A stretch of 64,000 bases of DNA, taken from the NCBI GenBank assembly GCA_905331295.1, contig CAJNYD010000074.1:62001-126000 (forward strand), in the 5' to 3' direction. This DNA is from Rotaria socialis (lineage: Eukaryota). Position 1 is the first letter of the stretch. The number at the start of each line of letters is the position of its first letter. The position numbers were made by a program, and so were the translations under genes. The notes under the pieces are model-generated. The model searched no databases, was not told where the DNA came from, and saw only the letters and a program-made list of their open reading frames with translations. Positions 27,082 to 40,700 of the stretch are shown here, one piece after another.

Positions 27082-28133
27082 ATGAATAAAATTCCGGTTG
27101 TTGATATATCTCAATTACTAGTAGAATCTTCATTCAATGAAGAAAGTAAACTAGATGTGTCACGTGCAATTCGACATGCATGTGAGACAGTTGGATTTTT
27201 TCAAATTGTTGGTCATGGTATTGATCCACAAATTTTCGATTCATTAATAGAAGAAGTTCGTCGCTTTTTTAATCAAACTTCAGAAGAAAAACAAGAATAT
27301 GCTGTGAATAAATGGAATTCAAAAAATAAAAATGTATATCGTGGCTATTTTCCATCGGCAATCAATGGAAAAGAAGGATTAGACTTGTCATCGCCATATC
27401 TTGATCCTGAACATGAACGTGTAAAATCAGGTGATTCATTACATGAAGTCAATCTATGGTCACTGAAAGGAATATTAACTGAATATTGGGATCATATGTG
27501 TAAGTTTAGATTTTAATTGAAATCTCTTAGAGTAACCAATAAAAATTTTAATTTTTCTATCAAGGGCGTATTGGAGTTGAACTAATGCGTGCCGTAGCGC
27601 GTGCATTTGACTTGGATCCTTCATATTTTGACACATTGCTCGATGATCGATCTTCAGGTGGTGCTGGTTCTCTTTCTACTTTACGTTTTAATTTCTATCC
27701 AAAACAAGACAATTCTGTTATAGTATCAGTAGATTCTAATAGTAGTCAAGCTTTATCATGTGAAGAACATTGTGATGGTAGTATTTTTACACTTCTCTAT
27801 CAATATAAAACCGGGGGTTTACAAGTTGAAATACCCGATGGAACATGGTTTGATGTACCTGTGACGTCTTATGGCCTTGTTGTGAATTCAGGCCGATGTT
27901 TAGAACGATGGACAAATGGACTTTTAAAATCAGTAAATCATCGAGTCAAATTCTTGAAAGAAGAACGTATTTCAATTCCATTCTTTCTCGAAGCATGTTA
28001 TTCAACGCCGATTGCCGTACTTCCGACAATAGTTGAGCCACTGAAATATGAGCCCATTATGTACGGACAATATATCATAGAAAGTAATAAACAATTCAAA
28101 GAATATCAACGTGACAAGGATAAGCTGATTTGA
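27082..28133 (+). CDS. Isopenicillin N synthase-like non-haem Fe(II) oxygenase (DIOX_N + 2OG-FeII_Oxy fold)
   Basis: Exons 27082-27499 and 27565-28133 joined by a 65-nt GT-AG intron (HM-W-RIGVELMR). Motifs IPVVDIS, GFFQIVGHGI, YRGY, HEVNLW, EHCDGSIFTLLYQ (HxD), NHRVK (H), ERISIPFF (RxS). Confidence 0.92.
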
Positions 28134-28214
28134 TAGATATTATTTATTATGAAATCAAAAGTACGAAATTTTCAAATAGGCTGCAGTATATGAATGACTG
28201 AAAGATTTATAGTG

Positions 28215-28240
<26 letters not shown>
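28215..28240. repeat. (CT)13 microsatellite
   Basis: Perfect CT run. Confidence 0.95.
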
Positions 28241-28246
<6 letters not shown>

Positions 28247-28731
28247 CTTTTTGTCTAAATTAGATTGAATAGATATGTCAAATAAAATTATTTTGTCTTC
28301 TATTATTTACTCGCAGAGAAGTAGTAAATATATATTTTTATCTTATACAAAAGAAAAATGACGTTATTTTGCTCAAATCACTGTTCATCGTAATGAATAG
28401 AGCTATTTTAAATGTTTATATGAAATTTAGTACAATGATAAATATCAATATCAAAGATAAAAATCTAAAATACATATAATAAGACTTTTTGTAAAGTAAA
28501 GTCCTCAAGTTAGTTTCACATATGTTTACATACATTAAGGCTCATATACGTATGTCAATGTTCTATGTGCTATTCCCTAAATTACTAACGTGCATATTCG
28601 ACATTTTAGATGCATGATTGATAGGTCGATTTTTAACGTTTTCACCTGTCATAGTATTATGATGACACATAACAAATGGTCATTTTATGTAATATACAAT
28701 GTTTTATATCACACAATATGATCATCATTTG

Positions 28732-28762
<31 letters not shown>

Positions 28763-30890
28763 TATCTATTATTAATTATTATTTGTGTGGTTTCGCTCTC
28801 TTTTTTTATTTGTTTTGAAATCAAACCATGCTTTTAAATGCTAATATGCTTGAGAATCCTATTTGTTTTAATCATTGTAACGAATTTACGCATAGATGCA
28901 TTCATTTCATCATGATTATCTACTCATCAACATCGTGATGATTATCATGATCATCATCAATCTAAAGAGAGGGAGAAAAAAAAGAAAAGTCTTGCCTTTT
29001 GGCTGGTTTGATTGAATAGAGCTTGCATTGACTTGACATGTAAGCGAGCAAGACGAGACATACATAGAAGAAGAAGAAGGAGAAAAAAAAGGAGAAAAAG
29101 AGAGAACGAGAAATCGCAGTGCGATCTGTCAACATCAATCAAACCTCGTTGTCATATACTTGAGCATGTATAAAGCAGGCGGGTGAAACGAAGCTCAAGT
29201 TTGCTAGTCAGCCGATCATTTATAACCAGAGAGAGAGAGAGAGAGGAGGGGAAATGGGTCTCTGCACAACTTGACATTTATCGTTCTGTCTGGTATACAC
29301 AAAAATTCAACTTGTTGTGATCCATCTTATTCTCTTTTTTTATTCTTTTATGCTTGACATTACTGTTCCAATGGTGTCAACTGAGCAATAGAGCGATGGC
29401 ACTTTAATGTTTTGAGGCCTGTTGAGTCTGATTTATTGCCTCTGAATAGTAATGATGGCTCATAAATCAAAAAAAACCTTCTCGTCTCTTCTTTCGTCGT
29501 CCAGTTTGATTTGTGAGTTTCATTCTTTTTCTCAATTGGAAAAGTCATCTTTCTTGTTGTCATCACGCGTTGGTGTTCGATTTGAAAATTTGCGCCGACA
29601 TCTCACTCTCCATCATTCATCATATATATATATATATATATTTAGATATATATGCCTGTGCACCAGTCACATCTAATTGCTCATTCATTCTACTTAGATT
29701 GACGGGAGCTACAGAACGCATCTTTGTGTTCAATAGATGATGAAGTACTCTTGTCATTCATACACAAATGATCTGTATGCGTGATGAAAGCGACAGAAAA
29801 GTTACCAAAAGATGTGATGATACGCTTCATATGAGTTTCCTCTCTGGTCCATTTTTTCCCTCTTTTTCTCTCTAATCGATCATCAAGTATGTATAGTATT
29901 TAGATATATAGAACAAGACAGAAACACGAGAGAAAAAGATTAGAGCTCGAGAATGAGAAAGAAAAAGTTACTGACAATTGATCCAACAAGATTGTATATA
30001 ACTATAGCTATATATATATATATATAATGTCATCGAACAATCAATCTTCGAATAGTGTATATTATATATATATATATATGAATTCATATTCAACCATATG
30101 AATATTGACGTGCATTTTCTTCATCTAGTTGACGTTGATTTCTAATGATGTCGATGACGGAAATTGCATACGCATATCTGTATAGTATGTACATATACGA
30201 GAACGTGATAATGCCAATGAAATGTTGTTGTATGCATCTAAGTATTTAGTCCTTTGGCAGATAGATAGATAGATAGAAAGATGTGTGCTGATCGTCGTTG
30301 TCATCCAACACCATTGCTGTTGTTGAAAACGAGTGACGTGTGCATTGCGCGACAAATCGAGCTCATTTATCTTCATCAACTTTCCTCCCAGGACAGACAA
30401 CTAACCTGTCAGTATCTCTGGTCGTTGTCGGATCTCACTCAAACATCATTCTATTACTTTCACAGACTAATGATGTGCTGGCTGCCAGTCAGAATGGATG
30501 GAAGAAAGAAAACTACTAACGCACAGGCACTACTCGTCATCGAATCAATCCATCAAACAGTCACCTCATTTTCTTCCTCCTCCTACTAGACTTCATCCAT
30601 CTCGTCCATTTTATTCTACTCTTTTTCATACTTGTCTTACTTCGTTTGCATCAGTATGTAACAGTCAAGCTGATAATCACTATGATGCATAATACTGTGG
30701 ACTAAAAGCAGAACAATTCAGAATGGGTACATAGATTTTATTTAAAAAAATGAAAAGTAATTTGACTATATTTTACCATTCTGATGTGCATACGTATACA
30801 AAAGTTTTTCCTTTTTCATCATTCCACATGAAAACAACTAAAAATTAGTTCGCTCTATGGTTACTGGCCCATCGCCATCATTATTTCCGA

Positions 30891-30910
30891 TGATTGACAC
30901 ATGATTGACA
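30891..30910 (+). promoter_or_regulatory. Tandem TGATTGACA motifs (PBX-MEIS/PREP-like sites) upstream of teashirt
   Basis: TGATTGACAC ATGATTGACA: two copies 11 bp apart, about 0.5 kb upstream of the ATG. Confidence 0.4.
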
Positions 30911-31432
30911 TTGTAAGTTAATCAAAATGACGTGCAACTCGCCATTTCATATTTCTTTTTTCATTTTTTCTTCTTTGTCAATTTTTTTCCTTTATTATTA
31001 TTGTTATTATTATTATTTTTCAGATTCATATGTTCAATAATATACACGCATAGAAACATCAATCATTCTATAACTTGTTGAAGATTGATCAGTATTACAA
31101 CTCTTCTTTTTTCTTCTCGCATCACATTATATATCTAATATGTAGATTTGTGTATTGCTATCAATCAAACAAACAAAAAATTGAAGGCAATATTCGGTAA
31201 GTATTTCTTTTGTTTTTCTCCCTCTCTCTCTCTCTCTCTCTCTTTCTCTTTCGCTCCTTTTTCCGACATCGACCCATCCATCACTCACTCATTCACTCAC
31301 ACGAGTGATTTCTCAACAGAGAAAGAAAGCGAATGCGAAGGTCCTTTCTTTTTTATGTGTGTGTTGCTCAAGTCTATGTGTTTTTTGCTCTTTCGTATTC
31401 ACTCACTCATTCATTTGTTCTATTGTTCTAGA

Positions 31433-33092
31433 ATGACGGATAATAGCAGTGCACCCATCGACTTACGTATTAAACGTAAACGTGATGATATTGACGAGTA
31501 TAAATCATCGACAAGAAAGAGACCTCGAAATAACAATAATACTGAATATGAAATTCCACTTGATTTATCTATTAAACCTCAACCACCAGAACAGCACTCC
31601 GTATTTAATTCAATGGCGGCAGCATCAACATCAATGCCTTTCTATGATCCAACTAATCTTCTATTTAATTCATCAGCACTACTCTATGATTTATTCTTAG
31701 CAAATTTAAATTCCTATTATCAACAACAGCAACAGCAACAGCAACAACAGCAGCAGCAGCAGCAGCGTGCCAATATTGAATCAACATCAGCACCCATACC
31801 GAAATCAATTAAACAACAAACAATAAATTCATCTCGTATTATAAAAGATAATTCAATAACTAAACAAGAATCCTACGCATGTTCTTGCGGTGAAAAATAT
31901 TCCAATGTAGCACATCTTGTTAGCCATCTTAAAATAACAAATCATAATGCACAATTATCTTCTACACATGATGAAGTTGCTAAACTTGTTCGTGGTCAAG
32001 ATATTTGGCTTTCACGTGATACCAATCCGGCTAATCAAATTTTAAAATGTCTTCGTTGTTCATTATCATTTGAAACGTTACCTGATTTAACAGCACATAT
32101 GATGAAGACAAATCATTTTACACAACTTTTACCTTCACCAGCAGCAACAACAACAACAGCAGTAACAACATCCTCCTCCTCGTCGTCACCATACCATCAT
32201 TCCAATTCAAAACCACTACCATCACAACAACATTCACCATCAAAACTCATCAATTCTTCTTCGTTAATTCGTTCAACATGTCTTATTTGTTCACAACAGT
32301 TTGCACGTGAAGTTGATCTTGTTGATCATATTCAACATTTTCATCAAATACGTTTTAATTGTACAACATGTGGAATGTATTTCGAAAATGAAAGTCTTTA
32401 TAAAGAACATATTTTAAAAGAAATGCATCATAGAAATGGAAAAGCTAATCGAAATCGAGATTATTTTCTTAATCAATGTAAAACTTTACAAAAACGAGCA
32501 TTAACCATTACGAAGTAATAAATTTCCATATTTTTATTTCCATATTGCTTTTTCATAAGTAATTGCTTTTAGACCTGAACGACCGAAATCTCGATTATTA
32601 ATTGATAAAGAAATTGAACAAGTTATATTAGATTTAATTGATCGTGTTGTTCAAAAATATGAAGAATCAAAAGAATCGACAACAACGACAACAACAACAA
32701 CAACATCTACAACAAGTGCTAATGCACTTTCACTTCTACAAAATTTCGTAATTAAACAAACTCCATCATCTAATCGACAATCAGATTTAAATAATAATTA
32801 TGACGATGAAAATACAAATTTATCTCATAGTGAAAAATCTTTATCTGCAAATCTCTATCATCATGAAAAACTTTCAAATAATATCTCTTTAAAATCTAAC
32901 GAGAGTCCATTGGTATCATTAGAAAAAATGCTTTCGTATCCCACAACAACAATTCAATCTTTGTCATCAACTATAAATGATAATGGAACAATGCCAAATC
33001 TATCAAATAATTCAATAATGACAATAAAGAAAAAAAAGTTTGATAAGTATAGATTATTTGCGGAAAAAATGCTGCGATCTACGTTGTCATAA
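31433..33092 (+). CDS. tsh: Teashirt/tiptop (TSHZ) C2H2 zinc-finger transcription factor
   Basis: Family signature KLVRGQDIWL..QILKCLRCSLSFETLPDLTAHMMKTNHF; CtBP-type PIDLR and PLDLS motifs; polyQ; further C2H2 fingers; ALSLLQNFV and SPLVSLEKML blocks in exon 32573-33092; intron 32515-32572. Confidence 0.9.
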
Positions 33093-34957
33093 TTATTATA
33101 GTTGTTTTTTCTTTTGGTTTTATTGATGTTTCCTTTCTTTTTTTTTCTTCTTCTTCATTTTGCCCTATAAAAAACAAAAGTCAATTTTTATATCAATTGA
33201 ATTTTACTTTCTTATTGTTGATGGCCAATCGCTTTTAGACATTCTATGTCTGTATCTATATCTATATATATATATATATATAACTATGAATGATTGCTTG
33301 TTCGTTCTTACTTTGTTTTCCATAATATCTCTGGGACTATAAGTATTTTCTAAATATTAATAATATGTCATTTCAAATCAATTTACTTTTCTTCTGGGAG
33401 CATTGAGAAGATTTACGAGTAACGAATTTTTACTTGGATCTAAAACATATATAGATATATATTGTAAATGAATGATTTCAGAAGGTTAAGCAAGACTTAG
33501 TCCACTAGGAAATGAAAATGAGTGATACGGAATGCCTTTGATTTCGTTGCCCATTCGGATAGACTCTTGTTTTCCGATTTCTCGTTTATCGATTCATGTA
33601 GGTGTGCTTTTCTAGCAATTAATAAGTTCTAGATACCTTGCACACCCTACATGACATTTCATTTTCTATCTTGTAGATTTATTACTAGTTTTTAATTCAC
33701 TAATACTTTGGCTGTCTTGCACATGAATGTGCTTGACATCTATGTTATTTACGGGAGAATCGTTGACGTTACCATCAAAACTGTCAGAGTAAATATTGCA
33801 GTGCCAATTGAGACCGATCGTTTTTTCTCCTGACCAAAACAAAAGCCAATACGATTCTGGAATTATCCTGCTTTTATTTTCTAGGATATTAGTATACGGA
33901 AAATAGTTTTGATATGTAAAAGCAAGGTTTGCAAATATCTACTAATATACAGTTGTCAGTCTTTTGGTGTTGACAGCAACTTTCTTATCGTTTCACTTAT
34001 GAATATGTTCGTTTTCTTGCAAGCAATATGATGTTAACAAAGAGATGAGTAGACGATTTGCTGATCCATATTGAAAAATCAGATATATTTTCAACGACCC
34101 AGTATTAGCTACCATGAAAAGAATTCTTTCCCCTTGAAGATAAATCGATTGAAATTCTTCTGTATTTCTTGTCAACTGAGAAAACTAAGACAAATTTTCC
34201 TCCCAGAAGCAATTCAATTGGTATAGTAGTCAAGTCCTAATATGAAAACCAATAATTATATCTTGCTCCGAAAAGTTTTATCTTCTTAATAACGACAAAA
34301 AAAATTTTTTTTGTCATAAAAATGTCAGAGCGGACTGTTTTTTTACCATTTGCTTGTCTTCGAAGCGCACCTTTCTACAGCTAGAAACTCCGACGTGCAA
34401 CTATAAATTAACATCAACTGATATGAATAGCATTATTAGTATTAGAAACTACTGTCTCTATAATTTATTGTCATGATTTTATGAGAACTCCAAATGACAT
34501 TTGACTGAAAGTTATGTAGGAGTGACAAATTTGGAATCATAAAAATGTCAGATCAGAATGTTTTCTCCTTTGAATTCTACTTATATAGATATCAGAGGCA
34601 TTCATAAATACCCATGAAAATTGAATATAATAGAATAATATATAAAAATTAAAATCATCAATTGAATATTTATTTAGATAGTTAGTCAATGTTAAACGCG
34701 AGGGGTCCTCGAATTATTGCATTCTTTATCAGAATTTCAAGTCTCATCCAAAATCTAGTTAAGAGTTTTCAAGTTAGAAAATATCAGTGATTTTAAATTA
34801 AACTACAGCTTTAATCTGTCATACGATCATAGTGATACCGATTATTTTTAAACGAAATTCTTTCTTGGAAAGCAAATGTGTTATTAAACATATTTTAATC
34901 GCATCAGCGTTTTGATTGTTGTAGCCTATTAAAAGAATGTATTGCTTGATGTTTTTT

Positions 34958-35572
34958 TTATATTATCCTATAAGGTGTTTCATGTTCGACTTGAAGTGTA
35001 TAAGATTCTGGCCACGATAACGAATGTGCTTTACAAATGAATATTGTCTGTGAATATTGTTGTTTGTCAGAGATGTTTTTATTGAAGACATTTCCACATC
35101 GGTAATAATTTAAAGATGAAAAACGATTTTGATTTCGATAACAAGGCAATAAAGTTTTATTTTTCGAGATCAAAGGTACTACATTCTTATGAATAGGCTG
35201 CTGTTGATAAGTACAAGAAAGAATGTTAGATGTAACAGGTATGATAGCTGTTGAAACATTCGAATCGAATACTTTCGTTTGATTCTACGTAGGAAAAACA
35301 AATCCCAAAGAAATAAGTAGCTCTTATAGACTGATCTTTACTGGCGTAGAATGATCAAGTTTAACAATTGAATCAGTTTCTTTTTTCTTTTTTCTCGTAT
35401 TCTTTTTAATTACTTTTACACGTTTCTGACGAATTGGATTATAAATAACGCCTAGATCAGTTGAATATGTCCAATTAGGTATTATTAATTCATCATGTTG
35501 AGATTGAATTTCAAGTTTATCTTTACATTTAATCTTCGAACGCTTAGATAAAGATTTTTCTATTTTGCTCAT
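34958..35572 (-). CDS. Hypothetical basic protein, about 185 aa, two exons
   Basis: Exon 35572-35342 (MSKIEKSLSKRSK..PNWTYSTDLGVIYNPIRQKR..HSTP), a 57-nt GT-AG intron, then exon 35284-34958 open in frame to SLSWPESYTLQVEHETPYRII*. Confidence 0.65.
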
Positions 35573-37753
35573 ATGTTTTAAATTTTCAAATGATAAAATA
35601 GATTCATTCTTTATTTGATTTCTTTTGTATCGATTCAAAACCACTATTGATTGTTTATGTGACAAGAGAGAAAAACAATTCAAACCTTCACTAAGAAAAG
35701 AATTACGAAGAATATATTTGATTATATAGGAGATCTCTCTTTGCAATTAAATACCGCAAATAGATCAGGAGTAATTTTTCAATAATAAATTTTTCGGCAT
35801 GATTAAATAAATTTAAATAAGTGATCGATGGCAATGTTTTAGGTGAAGCTATCCGATTACTAATGCTTGGTATTGTGTCTATTGGAATGTTTGTCTAAAT
35901 AAGAGTTCGATATTTACGATCAAGAACATTCGGAAGTCGTCTCCATTGGGAAAAGAGAAGGCCCCCAAGGCTGAGTATAAATATGAATGTAGTAATTAAG
36001 GTGAGATTGAAGAAAGGAAAAACTGTGTGAAACATCGCTCCATATTGAACCTTGACAAAAGTGAGATATTTCTTTCTATTCACACGAGAAATCTCGTCTT
36101 GATTTTATAATGCAGCCGTTTTCATCTACTCGAATTCTACCGTGTCGATTTTTCCACTTTATGTCTACAAGAAGACGATGGAAAATGCAATTAAGCCAAG
36201 GGCAAAAAACCAGTAAGAAGTCAAAAGTTGGGGATCACGCTCAGCACACTATACTTTTGCTACTGCTTCAGACGTCGACATGTAATGATCATAAATATAA
36301 TTTCCTTTGAGCTTTGCCATATGAAATTCTCTATCTTGCCAGACAAAACCACATGATGAAAATGTATTAAATACTTCCTGATAGCTATGATACATATTTG
36401 ATGTTTTTTTTTGCAACTAGATTAATGCATTTAAATACAAACTTTTTCACATCATCCAGAAACAGAAGATCCTCTTGGACTCTATCTATCTTATAGGCAT
36501 GTGATCCTTCGATTTCAAAATTAACTGTTGATAGATGATTTAACATATCGATAAAACGTAAGCGAAGTTGAGGAATTTTAATAAATCGAAAGAATTGCAC
36601 AACACGTCTGACGATTTGACACCATTTTCTTAGCTAGAATTGAATGTTGTTGTTTTTTTTATATTTACACAGTCTGCTAATAATACTTTATTGTTTTTAT
36701 GTAAACTATTTACACTAGAATTATGACTGATTGTTTTCGGTGATGATTCATGTTCAACACTAATTGAAGGTGATTGTTGCATAAAGAATTTTTCATTTAG
36801 AAAACAAAATTTTTAAAATTAGCGCGATATTTCAAAACTTCATAACTCCTTGATTATTAAAAAAACCAGCTGTTATGAGAAACACATAATAAATATTTTC
36901 GACTCACTTGCACAAAGAGACAAGATTCCATTTTAGGTTCACTTGATATTCAAAACTTGTCTACTGCAAAAAATCAGTTCTTATAGAAAGTTTTTCCAAT
37001 CCAATTGAAATGATATTACCATTAATTTAAGATATTCAAAACTATAAGATTGATTTGAATAAAATAAAACGTTTCCATGACGGCAAAAATTGATTACAAA
37101 ATCCATTTTTTCTATGTTCACACAATTTTGATTAGAATTTCTGTTCTAACTTTCTAACAAAGTCATTAAAGGACACAGACTATGGAACATTTATAGCTTT
37201 AGATCATGTTTTCCTTGCTTCAATCGCCGACAAAGAAGTTGTTACGACCTTGTAGATATTATACTGATAAGAGAGACAAATACCACGTCCAGAAAGTCAA
37301 CAGTTTTGCACTGTAAAATCTTCGTTATCGAAGGAGTCTACCATTGGATTTCTACCAAGCTGAAAAGTATTCAAAAATATTTAAACTATTTATTATGAGC
37401 AACTCATAATACACTTTCGAATTATTATTATTGATATGATGTAATCGCTTGCATTTACACTGTAAGATTTAAACAATAAATCATACTAAAACTTCATATC
37501 CTTCTTGAATCTTATTAACAGTGATTTATTATCTAGTTTTGATTGATTTTATTTTTAGACTGTATCAATACGATTGTGTATTGCATCGCTATTGTCTTTT
37601 TTTATTTTTCATCAACATCAAACTTTTAGCAAAAAATTTATGTTTCTTTTTTTTTTCTATGATGATTACAAAAAAAAGAATTTACACTTTAAAAAAAGAA
37701 GGTTACGAACTATTTTGTTGGTCTTTCAACTGGAATAAAATATAAACTACAGT

Positions 37754-40700
37754 TCATGGATAACGTTCGATTAACATTGCGTGGCCCTAGAAAAGAAAAA
37801 TTGCAATTGAGGATGATTTCCTTTTTCGTTTCAAGTTTTCACATACTTGACCACCAGCAGCGCAAGCAGCTAACAATGCATAACGTTTATTTTCTTTAAT
37901 TAATCGGTTAGCAGCCGTAGTCACAAGTCGAACACCGGTAGCACCAAATGGGTGGCCGATACTTAATGATCCTAAAAATGTATCGAATCAGTTATAATTA
38001 TTATATGAATGATCCAATAAAACTTACCTCCCCATGTATTAAACTTTTCAAGCGGAATTTCACCAACCTACGAATTAATTAAGAAAAATAAAAGAAGAAC
38101 GATAAAGAAATTCTTACCTTTGATGAACGATTAAGATATGTTTTAGCAAAATAATCCGAATCAAGTGCTTTTAAATTTGCTAAAATTTGTCCCTAGAATG
38201 AAAGGTATATAAAAAAGCTTGTCAGCGCAGCCCCGTTGGAGCTAAAATGTGGAACTCACATATTTCGATCAATTAGATACTGATCAAATAGAAGTTTTAT
38301 TTTTTCAGTGTAGTGAGATCATATTTTGTTCAAAAATAAGATAATAAAACCTTTTTAACATTTGAAGTTTATTGGATCTATCAATAGGGAATATTACTAG
38401 AGAGAACGTATGAAAAACTTTTTGTTTAAAATATGTCAGTATGCTGAAGTGTTTAGTGGTTTCATTGAGAAATATTGTGAATGATAATAGTTCAAACAGT
38501 ATTTATGATATAGCTGTCAATATTGTTGAGAAATTTATATTTTTTCGTATTACCAGGTGAGAAATCGATACATTTTTTCATAAACGAAAATTTGATAAAA
38601 GCTTCGCAGTGGATGGAAAAGTTCCGAATTGTAAATACATTAAAGTGGACTGAGGTTCTAGAATAAGGTATTCGTGTGAGAAAAAAAGGATTAAAATCTT
38701 CATCTGTTTATTGTAGGTGGTAGAAGTAACGAATGTAATAGTAGCATAAACTAGTTACTAGCTTCTGTAGCGGTAGCATACACTGGTTGCGAACGTCTTT
38801 AATAATAATAAAATATAATACTGTCGTAACTATGGGCTATAATAATAAAAATATGCGCTATTATCGTAACTATGGACTATAATAATAAAAACGACAGATT
38901 TTGATGATTAATTAGAGGCTAAATCCTAATTATAATGATTTCTAATTAGTGAAACTAGATTTTTATTACTGATGTGAGTAGTGGTGAACATAGGCAATCC
39001 ATCTGTATAAAAATTTGATCTAATCAGTGCACCGAAGTGTTAGTTTTTTTATGTTTTATGTCTGTAATGGAGAGGGGGGGGGACAGGAGAGCCGCAAAAA
39101 CCTAACAATTCAACTTACACTCACTATTTTCTTCGAAAATATATGTGAGTTTCACAAAAAAGAAAGCTTCTTTTAGATTTTTCTTCTTACTGCAAAAGCT
39201 TCATGAAATTCAAATACATCAATATCATTTAATGTTAAACCACATTGATCAAGTAATTTAGCAGTTGCGTATGTAGGCCTACGAATATATATATATATAT
39301 ATCATTAAATAAATGAAGAAACATCGGATTCGCATCTGATTGTTACGTGTACCGCAGAACTGAGTCAATTTATATGTTTTGAATAATTCTGAGAAAAATT
39401 GTTTTTTTTTTGAAAAAATCCCTATACCCCCCCCCTCGCCCCTCAGAGATCGTCTGGTCAATAATTTTTTCGGTGACTCAGCCATTTCTTGGCAGATCCT
39501 TCTCATCTTCAAACTCGACTGAGATATTGATGAGATCATTCTGTGTACAAAATTTCAAGACAATTGGATGAGGCTTTCATGAGCTATCGTGTTAACGGCC
39601 GGACACACTGACTAAATCTAGTGTACTCACTTTTTGAGTACACCAAAATGATTTGTCTATTTCAAATACTTTCTAACGTACCCAAGTAAAAGTTGATCTT
39701 TTGGATCTTGTGATGTAAATACATATCGTCTAAAGAAAAACGAGACGCGAAAGTTATTAGAGAAATATAATTTTTTCATTTACCGAATATAAGCTTTTGG
39801 TTTCAATCCAAGTTCTTTGGCTTTATCAACAGATGTAATTAATGATGCTGACGCACCATCAGTAAGAAATGATGAACTAGCAGCCGTGACTGTACCATGT
39901 GGTTTAATAAACGCTGGTTTTAATTTATTCATTTGTTCCATAGTTGATACTCGAATACCATTATCACGACTAATAGCATCCGGTGCTCCTGAAAAGAAAT
40001 TTTATTTTAATTCATTTTGTTTTTTTTTGGGATATTTTACCTGGAATATGCATTGGTATAATATCATCAAGATATCCTTTATCTGTTGCTTGTTGAGCTA
40101 ACAAATGTGAACGAATAGCATATTCATCTTGTTCTCGGCGTGTAACATTAAACGCAGCTGCTAAACGATCAGCTGATTGACCCATAATTTCTCCTGTAGA
40201 AAATTCAGCAATAGCTGGAGCCTATACAGAAACACCGTTTCTTAAAACAGATTCGACTAAAGAATTCATTTTTTTACTTCAGGCACAAAGTTTTTGAATG
40301 ATAACATCTTTGTAGCTAGTCCTAAACGTTGTGGCGTTGATTTAGCTCGATTTAAACTTAATAATAATTTTCGCATTGATCGTGGATAACGTATGGGAAC
40401 ATCAGACATAAAATCAACACCACCTGCAATGATGATATCATTTTGACCAGTAGCAATATCCTTGGCCGCTAAATAATAAACAAATCTATGTATATATCTG
40501 TTGTAAAACTCAAATATATAAACGAGTGGTTTCTGTTTTCGATTATTCAATTTGGAATACTGGTCACATTCTATACTTGAGAGAAGTGTTATTTTGGTTT
40601 ATTTATAAAAAAAAAAAAAGCAAAAAGAGACAAGAAACTCGACTACAAGATGAAGAATGTTATAGAAACTAATAGAATCGCTCACAAATCAAAATGAGGA

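Noticed and set aside
34305..34570. Repeated TCATAAAAATGTCAGA words
   Set aside because: Probably a transposon remnant, but I could not define ends or a TSD.
35880..36600. Coding-looking stretch with several short ORFs
   Set aside because: Multiple stops in all frames and no identifiable family.
38801..38891. Repeat-spacer-like pattern suggestive of CRISPR
   Set aside because: Only about 2 units, eukaryotic intron, no cas genes; it is a simple tandem repeat inside a transposon.
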